DNA of 63,996 nt, counting the filler, from Malassezia furfur (Eukaryota): the NCBI GenBank assembly GCA_052055015.1. It is 3 parts of 3 records of this genome, joined end to end, with 100 filler letters (N's around TTAATTAATTAA, not from the genome) between each part and the next. Parts side by side here need not be neighbours in the genome. Positions count along the whole stretch, not along the records: positions 1 to 23,074 come from JBQJIT010000152.1; 2 more parts are not named here. One strand, written 5' to 3'. Both the position numbers and the translations under genes were made by a program. Below the pieces are notes generated by a model. That model was not told the origin of the DNA, did not search any database, and saw nothing but the letters and a program-made list of their open reading frames with translations. Below are positions 1 to 10,425 of the stretch, piece after piece; within the stretch, counting starts at the first letter, position 1; each line of letters opens with the position of its first letter.

Positions 1-3000
1 ACGGGAGCGCCGCCGCCTTGTCGCGCAGGCGCGATGCGGGCGTCAGCGGCTCGGCGAGCGCCGCGATGCGTGCGGCACGCTCGGCGTCGGGCAGCGGCAC
101 GACGGCGTCCTCGGTGTGTTTGAGCGGGTGCGTCGCCTGCTCCGTGTATAGCGCTGCGCCGTGCGCGAGCGTGCGCAGCTTGATCCAGTACAGCAGGCGC
201 GCGAGCGCGGTTTGTGCGTGCTTGCGCATGATGGGGTTCGGCGACGTCGCCTCGCGCGCAAAGTACACGCCGAGGCGCGCGTCGAGCGGCGCGTCGCGGC
301 GCAGCAGCGCACACAGCGCGCGCAGCGCAAAGATGGCAAACGCCCAGTGTGTCGTCGGCGCGATGGCCACCGCGTACACCTCGTCGACGAGAGCCGCGTG
401 CTCCTTCTCGGCGGCTGCGGCGCGCGCCGACCGCGCATCGGCCACGGCCGCACACACCGCCGGCGGCGTCCGCGTGGCGGTGTCGGCGATGGCCCCGAGC
501 GCTGCCGTGCTCCTGGCAAGCGCGTCCGTCGGCACGTACGCGGTGCGCACCGCCGGCTCGCACAGATGTGCCACCGCGTCGTTCAGCAGGCTGCGCACGA
601 GCTTCTGGATGCTCGGCTTGGCGTGCTCAATGTGCAGCAGCGCCAGGACGACCGGGCGCGTGAACCGCGCGTTGCGGGCGACGGTGCGCGCAAAGCCCTT
701 GTTGGCAAGCACGTACAGCGCGCCCTTCACGCGGTCGTCAAGCTCGCCGGGGCGCAGCGTGTGCAGGATGGGCGCGAGGCACAGCGCGCGCGTCCCATCG
801 TACGCGACGCTGACGCTCGCGAGCGTCGACTGCGCAAGCTTGCGGATCGCCACATAGTTCGACAGGCACAGACCCACGAGTTGCTCGGTGAGCGCATCGG
901 TGCGCGGCGTGCGCCGCGCAAACGCATGCGCAAGACGCACGCGCGACAGGTGGTACAGCGCGGCGCGGCGCACCCAGAACACGCGGGGGTACGCGCGCTG
1001 CTTGGGCCACGTGCGGCCGATGGTGCGGAAAAAGGTGACCGACTTGGCAAGGCCGCGCAGCTCGTCGGCATGGTAGCCGGACTGCACGAGGTAGGTGCGG
1101 ATCGCGCGCACGAGCAGCTTCGCCGCGTCGATCTGGTCCTCGGCGCCGGTCGTGTGGAGGTCGACCGCCGCACGGTGCAGCGTGTCGCCAAACGCGTCGG
1201 CGAACGCGGCGAGCTGGTCGTAGCGCGCATCGCCGCGGCGCAGGGCGTACCCACATGCGATCGGCAGCGGGCCGGGCACAAACGCTTGCGCCTCGTCGCC
1301 GAGGTCCGAGGGAAACAGCGTGTCGGCCGCTTCGCCCGCGCCGGCTTCGGCGCCGCGCGGCTCCGACAGCGCCGACAGCGCCGCGTACGCATAGCGCACG
1401 AGTAGGAGGCGCCTGCAGAAGTCGTTGTACCACACGCCGTCGCGCGCCGGTGTTGCGAGCTGCGCTTCAAGCGCGCGCAGCGCCGGCGCAACGACGCGCT
1501 CCAGCACCTCGAGCGCGAACGCAATTTCGTCGTCGCTCGGGTTGTGCCAGTCGATGTGCACCTGCGCAACGGTGTACAGCTTGCCCCACGCACGGTACGC
1601 GTCCGCAGCGTATGCATCTGTGCCCCACTCACTCGGGTTGACGCTCCGCTGCTCGGCGGGGTACAGCGTGCCGAGCGAGAACAGGAGGCGCTGTACGAGC
1701 TTGGCCGTGAGCAGGTAGCCGCGCTCGGTGTAGCACCGCTCCGCCAGCAATGCACACGTGTCGAGCAGCTGCGTGCGATGCGGCAGCACGTTCCGCCCGG
1801 CAAACATCAGTGCGCCGTTCAGCATTGAGATGTGCCAGTGCAGCGCCGTGTCCTGCTCGAGCGGCACACTGGTGCTGGTCGTGCGCGTCGACGACGCGCC
1901 ATGCGCGAGCTCCACCGCGATGCGCTCGCAGCACACCGGCACGACGCGTGCCAGCACCGCGGCGCTGTCGGCGCGGGCAAAGCACCCGATCAGCGAGCCG
2001 ATCACCTTGACACCGCTCGCTGCGACCGTCGTCCGTGCGTAGGCCAGCACCTCGTCGAGCAGGTGCGCAAACAGCGCCGGGCTCAGTGCGCTACAGAACA
2101 CGTCGCACGTCGCAACAAGCGTGTGCAGCACCATCTCCTCGTTCTTCTCGCCGATCTTGCCGCTCTTGCCCTCGTCAGGCAGGTTGTCGACGAGGTGCAG
2201 GATGCGTTGGAGAAAGGCGGTGCACCATGCGTCCAGGTCGGCGGAGGCGAGGCGCACCGCATAGTCCTCCTCGCCGCGGGTCGTGTGCGTGTCATCGTCG
2301 ACCGCACACGCGTCGTCGTCGTCGGAGTGGCCGCCGTCGCGCTCGCTGTAGTCGCCAAAGCGGACCGTCATCGACACGGCGAGCACAAACATGCACGTGC
2401 TCACCGTCTTCATCGGGTCGTTCAAGTCAATGCCGGGCAGGCACAGGTGCAGCAGCGGCACAAGGTGCCGCGCCCCGGGCGCGTACAGTCCACGCGACAC
2501 GAGCGGCTGAGCGAGCGCCGAAAGTGCAGAGATCACCGACGTCGTGCGGTGCGTCGTCTCGAGTGTCTCGAGCGAGGAGTAGGCGCGCTGCAGCACGGCC
2601 GGCACGATCAGCTCGGGCTGCAAGTAGGCCATGCGCTTCAGCGACGTTTGCGCCGCAAGGATCGTCAGCGGGTCCTTCGAAAACATGCTCAGCAGGCACA
2701 CGGTCCGCAGCGTGCGCACAAACTCGACCTTGATCGCAGGCGTAAGCCGCACCACGTGCGGCGTCGTGCAGTCGGGGCGCTCTTCCTCCTTGCAACGCCG
2801 CGCAAACTCCCACGTAAGGTGCTGCACAAAGTTGGCCAGCTGCACCTGCCACACGCCCCAGTTCGACGGGTGGAAGTAGCTCTCGGTCGCCTGCACAAAC
2901 TTGGCAAGCTGGTCCAGCGCCTTGCACCCCGCCAGGTAGGTGGTCTGCGGTGCAACGTGCACGGCACCGGCGTCCGCATCCACGGCGCGCGCCTCGGCAT

Positions 3001-4122
3001 GCGCGTCGAGCGGAGGGGCATCGGGCGCCATGCTGTACACAAGGATTACCGCAAACGAGTGCAGTCGGTCGCTCGGCTTCTTAATGCGCAGCGTCTGGCT
3101 CGTGGCCAACGCATCTGCACCGGTGCGCACATTGGCCGACTGCGCCATCAGCGTCGCGTTCGCGGCCTTGTTGGCACCGACGGGCAGCCCAGCGGACCGC
3201 AGGCACTTGGTCATGATAAGGGCAAACTGTGCATCGGTAAACAGACCCGTCTCCTGCCACAGCGCCGGCTTCGCATCGTCGATGGCCGCCGCAGGTGCGT
3301 CGAGCAGCTGGTGCTCGGCGAGGCGCGCGAGGTGGTCGAGCATCTGGTCGTCAAACAGCGACGATTTGAACGTCTCCCACAGGCGGAACATGGCCGGGAG
3401 CCATGCCTGCGGCTCATCAAGCGGTAGAAATTGAACCAGGAATGCCTGTGTCGCGATCACCGAGTTGAGGTCACCGCCATCCATCTGCGGAAGCACAGTC
3501 TGCAGCATGTCGTATGCATCGCGCGGGGGGAAGAACCGCTGCGCGTACTCGGCCACGTCCAGCAAAACGTTGCTGATTTTGCTCGTGGATGCCTTGCGGC
3601 CCTTGTGAAAGATCTCGCGCGCCAGCACATCGTACAGCGGCCGCCAAGGTAGCTCAAGGTCGCTGCGGTCCAACTCACGTTTGGAGCTGCGTCAGTACAT
3701 TTGTAGAGGGCGTACCGCAGCAGACGGATGCACATGCTCCCGGCCGTCTCGGTGAAGCGCGCGTCCAGCGATGTCATCACGGCCAGGTCGTAGTAGAAGC
3801 GCGCGAGTTGCGCACGCCAAGTGCGTGGAACGGGGTATTTGAGCGACAGCAGGCTCTGCAAGTACCGGTTCCATCGCACAAAGCCTACATCAAAGTCTCT
3901 CAGGGACACGCAGTCCACTAGTTTCCCGATAGCCGCCGCGAGCTGAGCCTCGAACTCGACCTGCGTCTCGCATGCGTATGGCAGTTTATCAGTGAATATA
4001 TGTGTAGGCTTCCGGTCACGCGTATGCGTGACCGGCACATCCTCGAGGACGACACCGGCCTCCTCATCCTCGGCGTCAAAGTCCTCGACGGCCTCGAAGT
4101 CGAGAAAGTCCAGCTCGTCCAT
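1..4122 (-). CDS. BLM10: Proteasome activator Blm10/PA200 (PSME4), N-terminal part; runs off the window start. Intron 3687-3715 (29 nt)
   Basis: ATG at 4122 (MDELDFLD...). Removing GTACGC...CTGACGCAG gives RLLRSKRELDRSDLELPWRPLY, then FLVQFLP...WLPAMFRLW, which are typical PA200 N-terminal motifs. Confidence 0.85.
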
Positions 4123-4416
4123 CGTCGTGCGAAGCGACACGATCGGCCACGCGTCCGGGGAAGTGGAGGCCACGCCGCGTCAGCTCCCGGCCGATCAACA
4201 GCTGCGGCCATTACGCACGCGATGACACCTTTTTTTTTTTTTTTGAATATTGTTCAGCATCAGCTTCGCTAAATGAACAAGACATGCTATGGAGACGTCC
4301 AGTCATGTAGTAGTACACAAATGCCACCATGTCATCGGAAAGGTAGCCAAGACCCGCAAGCGTCTCTCCGAGACATTAGATGGGTTGGCCAGCAATCCGT
4401 TCTATAGTGCACACCT

Positions 4417-6120
4417 TCAAGGCTCAGCCTGCGTCTGCTTGACTTCGCCCGCCTCGCCATCGGCCTTGATCTCGTTCTGGAGATCCTCGTCGCGCTCGTT
4501 GATGATCGCGTCGAGCTCCTCGGCGTTGAGGTGGGGCGCAGTAAGCGACTTGTAGCAGGCCGTCGTCATAAAGTGCTTGGCGTTCCAGAAGCCCTCCTTG
4601 TGCTGGTCGGCAAAGAAGAGGTCCATCTCCTCCAGACCACGCTGCTTGGTCTCCGGGAAGAACATGTACACAAACGGAATGAACATCACGTTGAAAGCAC
4701 CGAACATGGTGAACGTGTGGTTGCGCAGGTTCTGGAAAGCAGGGGGCGAAATCATGACGACCGTGAAGTTCCAGATCCAGTTGGAGCACGTCGACAGCGC
4801 AGCGGCCGGCGCACGAATGCGAATGGGCGTCACCTCCGGCGGGTAGAGCCAGGTCATACCGAGCCAGCCGAAAGACCACGGCACGAAGTACATGTAGATG
4901 AAGGCCTCCGCAGTCTTACCGTAGGAGATGAAGTCCTCCTTCGGCAGGTTGTTGTCGTTGCCCTGCATGACCTTGTAGATCATACCCGACATGATCGCAA
5001 AGCAGAGTGCCATACCAGCAGCGCACCAGATCATGAGACGGCGGCGACCAGCAATGTCAATGATGAACACGGCCACCGAAGCAGCCAGGAAGTAGAGAAT
5101 ACCACTGCCACACACCAGAATACGAGTCGGAATATCATCCGAGTTGACCATCTGGAACACCGTGTTGGCATAGTAGGTCAGGTTGTTGATACCAGTCAGC
5201 TGCTGGAACATCTGGGCCGTGCAGGCAATGCACACACGGTAGAAGTTCTGCTCGGGGCCCATCGTGAACAGCTCCTTGTAGGAGAAAGCGCCCATAGCAA
5301 CCTCCTGCTTGTGGATCGAGTCCTCCAGAGCCTGGATTTCCGAAACCACCTCAAAGTCGTCCTCAGGACGGTCACGAAGACGAGAGACCACCGCGCGCGC
5401 CTGGTCGGTCATGCCCTTCTTGACGAGCCAACGGGGAGACTCCGGGATGAAGAACACACCGGCAAGCAGAACAAGCGCAAAGGCGGCCTGGAAGGCAATG
5501 GGGAAGCGCCACTGGACACTGTTCGTGCGCAGGAAGTAGAAGCCGAAGTCGATCCAGTACGAGATCATGACACCACCCGCAAGAAGCGCACCCTCGACGA
5601 ACACGAGGAAACCACGGTTCTTGGGCTTCGACAGCTCCGACTGAAGCATGGGGATCGTTGCGGTGTCTAGACCGTTACCAACACCAGCAATCACACGGCC
5701 AACCGTGAAAGCAGGGAGCTTGTCATCGGCAACCATAATGATCGTACCGATAATCATAATCGAAGAGCCAGCAACCACTGAAGAACGACGACCAATCTGG
5801 TCACCTTTCCACAGCACGAGGATCGAACCAATCAGAGCACCCAGCTCGTAACAACCGACAATCGCACCCTGGATGTTGTCCGAGAACTGTTCGGGGTGAA
5901 GCTGGATATCACGGTAGCTCGTGAGCGTCTCGCCGTTCAGCGAGTACTTGGCAATCTTGGGCATAGTAGAGGCCATCATGGGCTCCTCAATCAGAGCCGA
6001 CATGACACCCTGGTCATAACCGAAGAGCAGGAAACCACAGCCACAAACAAAGGCGATGAGCACCGTCAGCGAAGTGCCGCGGATGTACTGCGCGCCCGGC
6101 ACTTGCGGGAATTGGAACAT
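4417..6120 (-). CDS. MFS sugar porter, Stl1-like (glycerol/sugar:H+ symporter)
   Basis: 567-aa intronless ORF with LFGYDQG, GRR, PESPRWL, QQLTGIN and PETK sugar-porter motifs and about 12 hydrophobic segments. Confidence 0.9.
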   Translation of the reverse strand: MFQFPQVPGAQYIRGTSLTVLIAFVCGCGFLLFGYDQGVMSALIEEPMMASTMPKIAKYSLNGETLTSYRDIQLHPEQFSDNIQGAIVGCYELGALIGSILVLWKGDQIGRRSSVVAGSSIMIIGTIIMVADDKLPAFTVGRVIAGVGNGLDTATIPMLQSELSKPKNRGFLVFVEGALLAGGVMISYWIDFGFYFLRTNSVQWRFPIAFQAAFALVLLAGVFFIPESPRWLVKKGMTDQARAVVSRLRDRPEDDFEVVSEIQALEDSIHKQEVAMGAFSYKELFTMGPEQNFYRVCIACTAQMFQQLTGINNLTYYANTVFQMVNSDDIPTRILVCGSGILYFLAASVAVFIIDIAGRRRLMIWCAAGMALCFAIMSGMIYKVMQGNDNNLPKEDFISYGKTAEAFIYMYFVPWSFGWLGMTWLYPPEVTPIRIRAPAAALSTCSNWIWNFTVVMISPPAFQNLRNHTFTMFGAFNVMFIPFVYMFFPETKQRGLEEMDLFFADQHKEGFWNAKHFMTTACYKSLTAPHLNAEELDAIINERDEDLQNEIKADGEAGEVKQTQAEP

Positions 6121-6230
6121 CTTGAAAACTTTTGGACTTGAGTGGTAGACAGAGCAATCCTCAACTTGATCCGTTCAGTACGACGAACAAGTCGGGAGCG
6201 TCGAGAGGAACAACTCTCTGTTTGTTTGTA

Positions 6231-6238
6231 TTTTTATA
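6231..6238 (-). promoter_or_regulatory. Putative TATA box (TATAAAAA) of the transporter gene
   Basis: TATAAAAA on the minus strand about 110 nt upstream of ATG 6120, in an AT-rich intergenic region. Confidence 0.45.
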
Positions 6239-6766
6239 CCCTGATCTCAAGCTTCATTTTTCATCCTCCATGCATGGCAGCGGATTGGCGGAACTTTTTT
6301 TTTCAACCCGCATTCAACGACGTATGCAACTGGAGAAAACTACTGCGGCGGGCATAATGCATGACGTAGCTCCACAATTTCGCTTCAGATGAGAATGTGT
6401 ATTAGGCTTGCGTCTTAATGCTTGAGCGCCGATGGCTTATTTGCGCAATCTTATTGGACACGGAGGATTAATCAACCCAGCGACGTTTCCGAACGACGGG
6501 CCAAGAATTCCAAGATTTCGCCCACTTGCGCATTTGGCTCGTCATTTGCCGCAGTTTCTTCCCATTCGACCGATTCCGATCACATCCGAAGCGGCTTTTT
6601 TCAAAAAATGTATGACTAAGCTTGCAGTGCCGCAGCGGATCCGGAAAATGAAGTATAACAAGGTTATCTCCGGGCATGTCTAGCAGGATTAGTCGTGCTT
6701 ACATTGACACTATGCGTGCCTAGCCCCTGGCAACCCCACGAGAATTAGCATCTCAGCCTAGCTTCG

Positions 6767-7873
6767 ATGACGAGGAGCGCCAAAATCGTGGCAGCCTGGG
6801 CGTTGGCACTGCTTGCGTTCGTTGCGTCGGTCGCCGCGTCGGATATGGCTGGCCTGGTGACGTCTGCGGTGCCCAACACCACTGTGCTGGACACGGCGGC
6901 GTCGACCAAGTCGCTCGCGAAACGCGGAGGCGCCTTTTCGGGCAGGGCGACGTGGTACGACGTCGAGACCTGGGTCGCAGGGTATGTCGCTGGCTAACGT
7001 ATTAGGGCTTGTGGCCAGTACATTGATAATGACATGCACATCGTCGCACTCAACCAGCCGATGTACGGTGATTTGGACTCGCGGTCGAGCTGGTGCGGCA
7101 AACACATTATGATCGCCAATGGGCTCAAAACGGCCCGTGCGGTGATTATGGACGCATGTCCCGAGACGCGGCAGTGCCATTACGGTGCTTTGGACATGAG
7201 TATGTCGCTCTTCCAGATCTTCCATGACCTGAACCTCGGTGTCTTCGACATCACCTGGTGGGTCATTGATGGAAGCGGCAATGGCAGCAACGGTGGGGGA
7301 GGCGGCGGAGGAAGCAGCGGAAATAACGGCGGAGGAAGCGGCAGCAGCAACAGTGGCGGCAGCAGCAACAGTAACAGCGGAAACAATGGCAAGAAAGGCA
7401 GCGGCAACAGCGGCGGTGACGACGACGACGATGACGATGACGACGATGATGGCGACTCGTCTTCGTCCCGTGCTGCGCCAACGAATGCGCAGCAGTCTGC
7501 ATCGCGTGCGGCTAAGGCCAAGGCTGCGTCGTCGTCCTCTGCGTCGGCTGTGTCGGCAGCGTCGAAGCAGGAAGCGCAGCAGTCTGCCTCGCGTGCCTCT
7601 GTGCTGTCGTCCAAGTCGTCAGCAAGCGCTGCGTCGGCATCCAAAGCGAGTGCTTCAAGCCGCTCGAGTGCTGCAAGCAGTTCGTCGAGCTCGTCCAGCT
7701 CGCAGTCGAGCAGTTCGGGCAGCAGCTCCAGCAGTGGTGCAGGCGTCGCAAGGCCCGGCACTGGCACTGGCGGTGGTGCGAGCAACGATGACCCGCAGGC
7801 GGGGAATCTGCAAAACTTTGTCCGAGTGCTAAACGGGATGTCGATGCTGGTGCATGCGGCTGCGGGCAGCTAA
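6767..7873 (+). CDS. Secreted RlpA-like double-psi beta-barrel (expansin/loosenin-like) protein with Gly/Ser/Asp-rich tail. Intron 6982-7005 (24 nt)
   Basis: Signal peptide and a KR site. Splicing yields GRATWY...GACG...HIVALN...WCGK...IMDACP.C..GALDMS, the DPBB signature. Confidence 0.85.
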
Positions 7874-7955
7874 CCGGTCGACGACGGTGCTTATGTGTGT
7901 GTATTTCGTATATAATGTATGCAGGAGCGGTCTAGTTTCTTGCCTTGTGGAGGTC

Positions 7956-8484
7956 ATGGTGCGCCTGCCGCGTGGCGTTGAGCAGCTGGTAACAGCGTAC
8001 CTCACGGGCGCTCTGGTGCAGCGGGTACGTGGTGCACTGACGCAGCTGAGCCGCTCGCCAACGGTATTACGTGCAACGGAGCGCGTTCTGCACGAATGGG
8101 ACACACTACCCCAGCGGCTTGCGGGGCGGCCCGTGCCTTATACGCCCCGCGACTATGGGCAGCCCGAGGGACGTGTGAGCGACATTGGTGCGTGGTGCCA
8201 CTGACACAGACCATGGTGAGCCGCACGACGAACCGTCGCCATTTCCCGTGTCAGGCAAGTACGGGGGCGATGCGGCACGCATGCGGCGTGGCGCAGCGGC
8301 CGGCCAAGACGATGCGGCGAGTCGTGGCGCAGCGGCTGGCCGTGGCGCAGCGAGACGGGATGGCGCACGCGATACGCCGCAGCGCACGCGTACACGGCCG
8401 GCGCGCGACCCTCGTGACGCGGAGCGCGATGCGGTCGCGCGCGAGATCCGCGCGCTGCAGGACAAACTGCGGCGTAGCGCGTAG
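7956..8484 (+). CDS. Small hypothetical protein. Introns 8025-8045 (21 nt, in frame) and 8188-8209 (22 nt)
   Basis: The 22-nt GT..CTGAC..CAG intron joins ORFs 7854-8204 and 8185-8484 in frame. C-terminus looks coiled-coil (AREIRALQDKLRR). Confidence 0.6.
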
Positions 8485-8508
8485 TCTATCTTCATACCCC
8501 CTGTATTT

Positions 8509-10281
8509 CTATGCACCAAGCTGCAGCGCCTGCCAGTCAGCCAAGCTCCCGCGGTGCCGCGACGGTGCAGCACGCGATGGGGCCGGCGCGTCGACGTCCG
8601 GGTCGGGCGTACCGAAGCCGCCGCCGCCTGGGGTGTGGATGACGATACGGTCGCCGGCACCAAACTTGGTCGTGGCCTTGCCGCCCAAGTTGATCACGCG
8701 CGGCGGCACAACGCCGTGCTCGTTGGCTGGCACGAGATCGCCGTCGGCCTCGCGGCGCTGCTTGACCCAGAGGTTGAGTCCCGACTGAGCGTCCTCGCCG
8801 CCCTGCAGGCCATACGGCTGGAACGCGCGGCGCTCCGAGAGGATACTGACCTGGATGCCCGGCTCGAGAAACTCGATGTCGCGGATCACGCCGTCGCCGC
8901 CGCGGTAGTGCCCGTTACCACCACTACCCTCGCGGAGGCTAAACTGGCGCAGATACACCGGGTACCGGCGCTCGAAGATTTCGGGATCGGTGATGCGTGT
9001 GTTGGTCATGTGCGTGTGGACGCCGCTCGTGCCGTGCCACGATGGGCCCGCACCCGAGCCGCCCGCGATCGTCTCATAGTAGCCGAAGCCCTCGATGTGG
9101 TTGCCTTGCGCGTCCTGCCCGCCGGTGCCGAACGTGAGGTTGTTCGTGTCGCCCTGGCTGGCGGCAACAGCCTCGAACGCCTTGAACACGACGTCGGTGA
9201 TGCGCTGGCTCGTCAGTACGTTGCCGCCCACGACTGCCGCGGTCTCGGACGGGGACAGCAGCGAGCCAGGCGGGATGCGCACGTCGATCGGCGCAAGGCA
9301 CCCCTGGTTGAGCGGGATGTCTTCCGATACCATGCACCGCAGCGAGTAGATAATTGCGCTGAATGCGACGGAGCGCGGGCAGTTGAAGTTGGCGTTCACC
9401 TCGGGCCCCGTGCCCTCAAAGTCGAACACTGCCGAGCCGTGCTCGGGGTCGATGGTAATGCGCAGCTCAATCGGTGTGCCGTCGTCCATGTAGTCGATGG
9501 CGTGCAGCTTGTTGGCGTGCTTCTCGGCGACACGGCGGAGCAGGTTGCGCACCGCAAGTTCGGCATTGTCGCGGATGTGAAGCATGTACGTCTGCACCGT
9601 TTCGAGGCCCCACTCGGCGACCAGGTCCTGGATCAGCAGAATGCCCTTGTGGTTGGCGGCGATCTGCGCCTGCAGGTCACTCTCGACATCGCGGAAGCAG
9701 CGCGAGCCGGAGCACCCCGGGTACTTGGCAGGCTCTTCGACAAGCAAGCGCACGAGCTCGTCGCGGTTGTACACGCCATTCGCGACGATCTTGAACGAGC
9801 GGATCTGTGCGCCCTCCTCAAACAGGGTCTTGGACGTGGGTGGCATCGAGCCCGGCAGGATCCCACCAATGTCCGCATGGTGCCCGCGGCTTGCCGTGAA
9901 GAAGATGATCTCGTCGCGGTCGGGCGCAAACACGGGGGTGATGCACGTAATGTCGGGCAGATGGCTGCCCCCCGCGACGGGGTGGTTGGCGAGCACGACG
10001 TCGCCGCGCGCAAACGTGCCCTGCCCGAGTTCGTGCATGTGCTCCACCTGGTACTGCACCGCGAAGCTCATGCTGCCGAGGTGCACGGGCAGGTGCGGTG
10101 CATTGGCAATCAGCGAGCCGTCCGGGGCAAAGATAGCGCACGAGAAGTCGAGGCGTTCCTTGATGTTTGTCGAGATCGAGGTCTGCTGGAGCGAGCGGCC
10201 CATGGACTCGGCAACGGCCATGAACCTGTTCGCAAACAGCGACAACAGGATCGGGTCAGGCGTGCCGCGCATCTTGGCCAT
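8509..10281 (-). CDS. Hydantoinase B/5-oxoprolinase C-terminal-half protein
   Basis: [13 protein letters not shown]...[57 protein letters not shown] and TPGGGGFG motifs of the Oxp1/OPLAH B domain. Confidence 0.9.
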   Translation of the reverse strand: MAKMRGTPDPILLSLFANRFMAVAESMGRSLQQTSISTNIKERLDFSCAIFAPDGSLIANAPHLPVHLGSMSFAVQYQVEHMHELGQGTFARGDVVLANHPVAGGSHLPDITCITPVFAPDRDEIIFFTASRGHHADIGGILPGSMPPTSKTLFEEGAQIRSFKIVANGVYNRDELVRLLVEEPAKYPGCSGSRCFRDVESDLQAQIAANHKGILLIQDLVAEWGLETVQTYMLHIRDNAELAVRNLLRRVAEKHANKLHAIDYMDDGTPIELRITIDPEHGSAVFDFEGTGPEVNANFNCPRSVAFSAIIYSLRCMVSEDIPLNQGCLAPIDVRIPPGSLLSPSETAAVVGGNVLTSQRITDVVFKAFEAVAASQGDTNNLTFGTGGQDAQGNHIEGFGYYETIAGGSGAGPSWHGTSGVHTHMTNTRITDPEIFERRYPVYLRQFSLREGSGGNGHYRGGDGVIRDIEFLEPGIQVSILSERRAFQPYGLQGGEDAQSGLNLWVKQRREADGDLVPANEHGVVPPRVINLGGKATTKFGAGDRIVIHTPGGGGFGTPDPDVDAPAPSRAAPSRHRGSLADWQALQLGA

Positions 10282-10425
10282 TGTGGGTGCGCGCACGGCC
10301 GGCGTCGGGGGTCAGTGCGGCCGAGGCGTGCGTGCGGCACCGCGCGCGAATAGGCCACGTGGGCCGACGCTGGCTGGCATTCCACGCCCGTGTGGGGGGG
10401 CCGGTGGTGTGCGGGTGTCGAAGCG

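Noticed and set aside
4230..4243. Poly-T run upstream of BLM10 as a retro-insertion tail
   Set aside because: No associated element or target-site duplication. More likely a promoter or terminator poly(dA:dT) tract.
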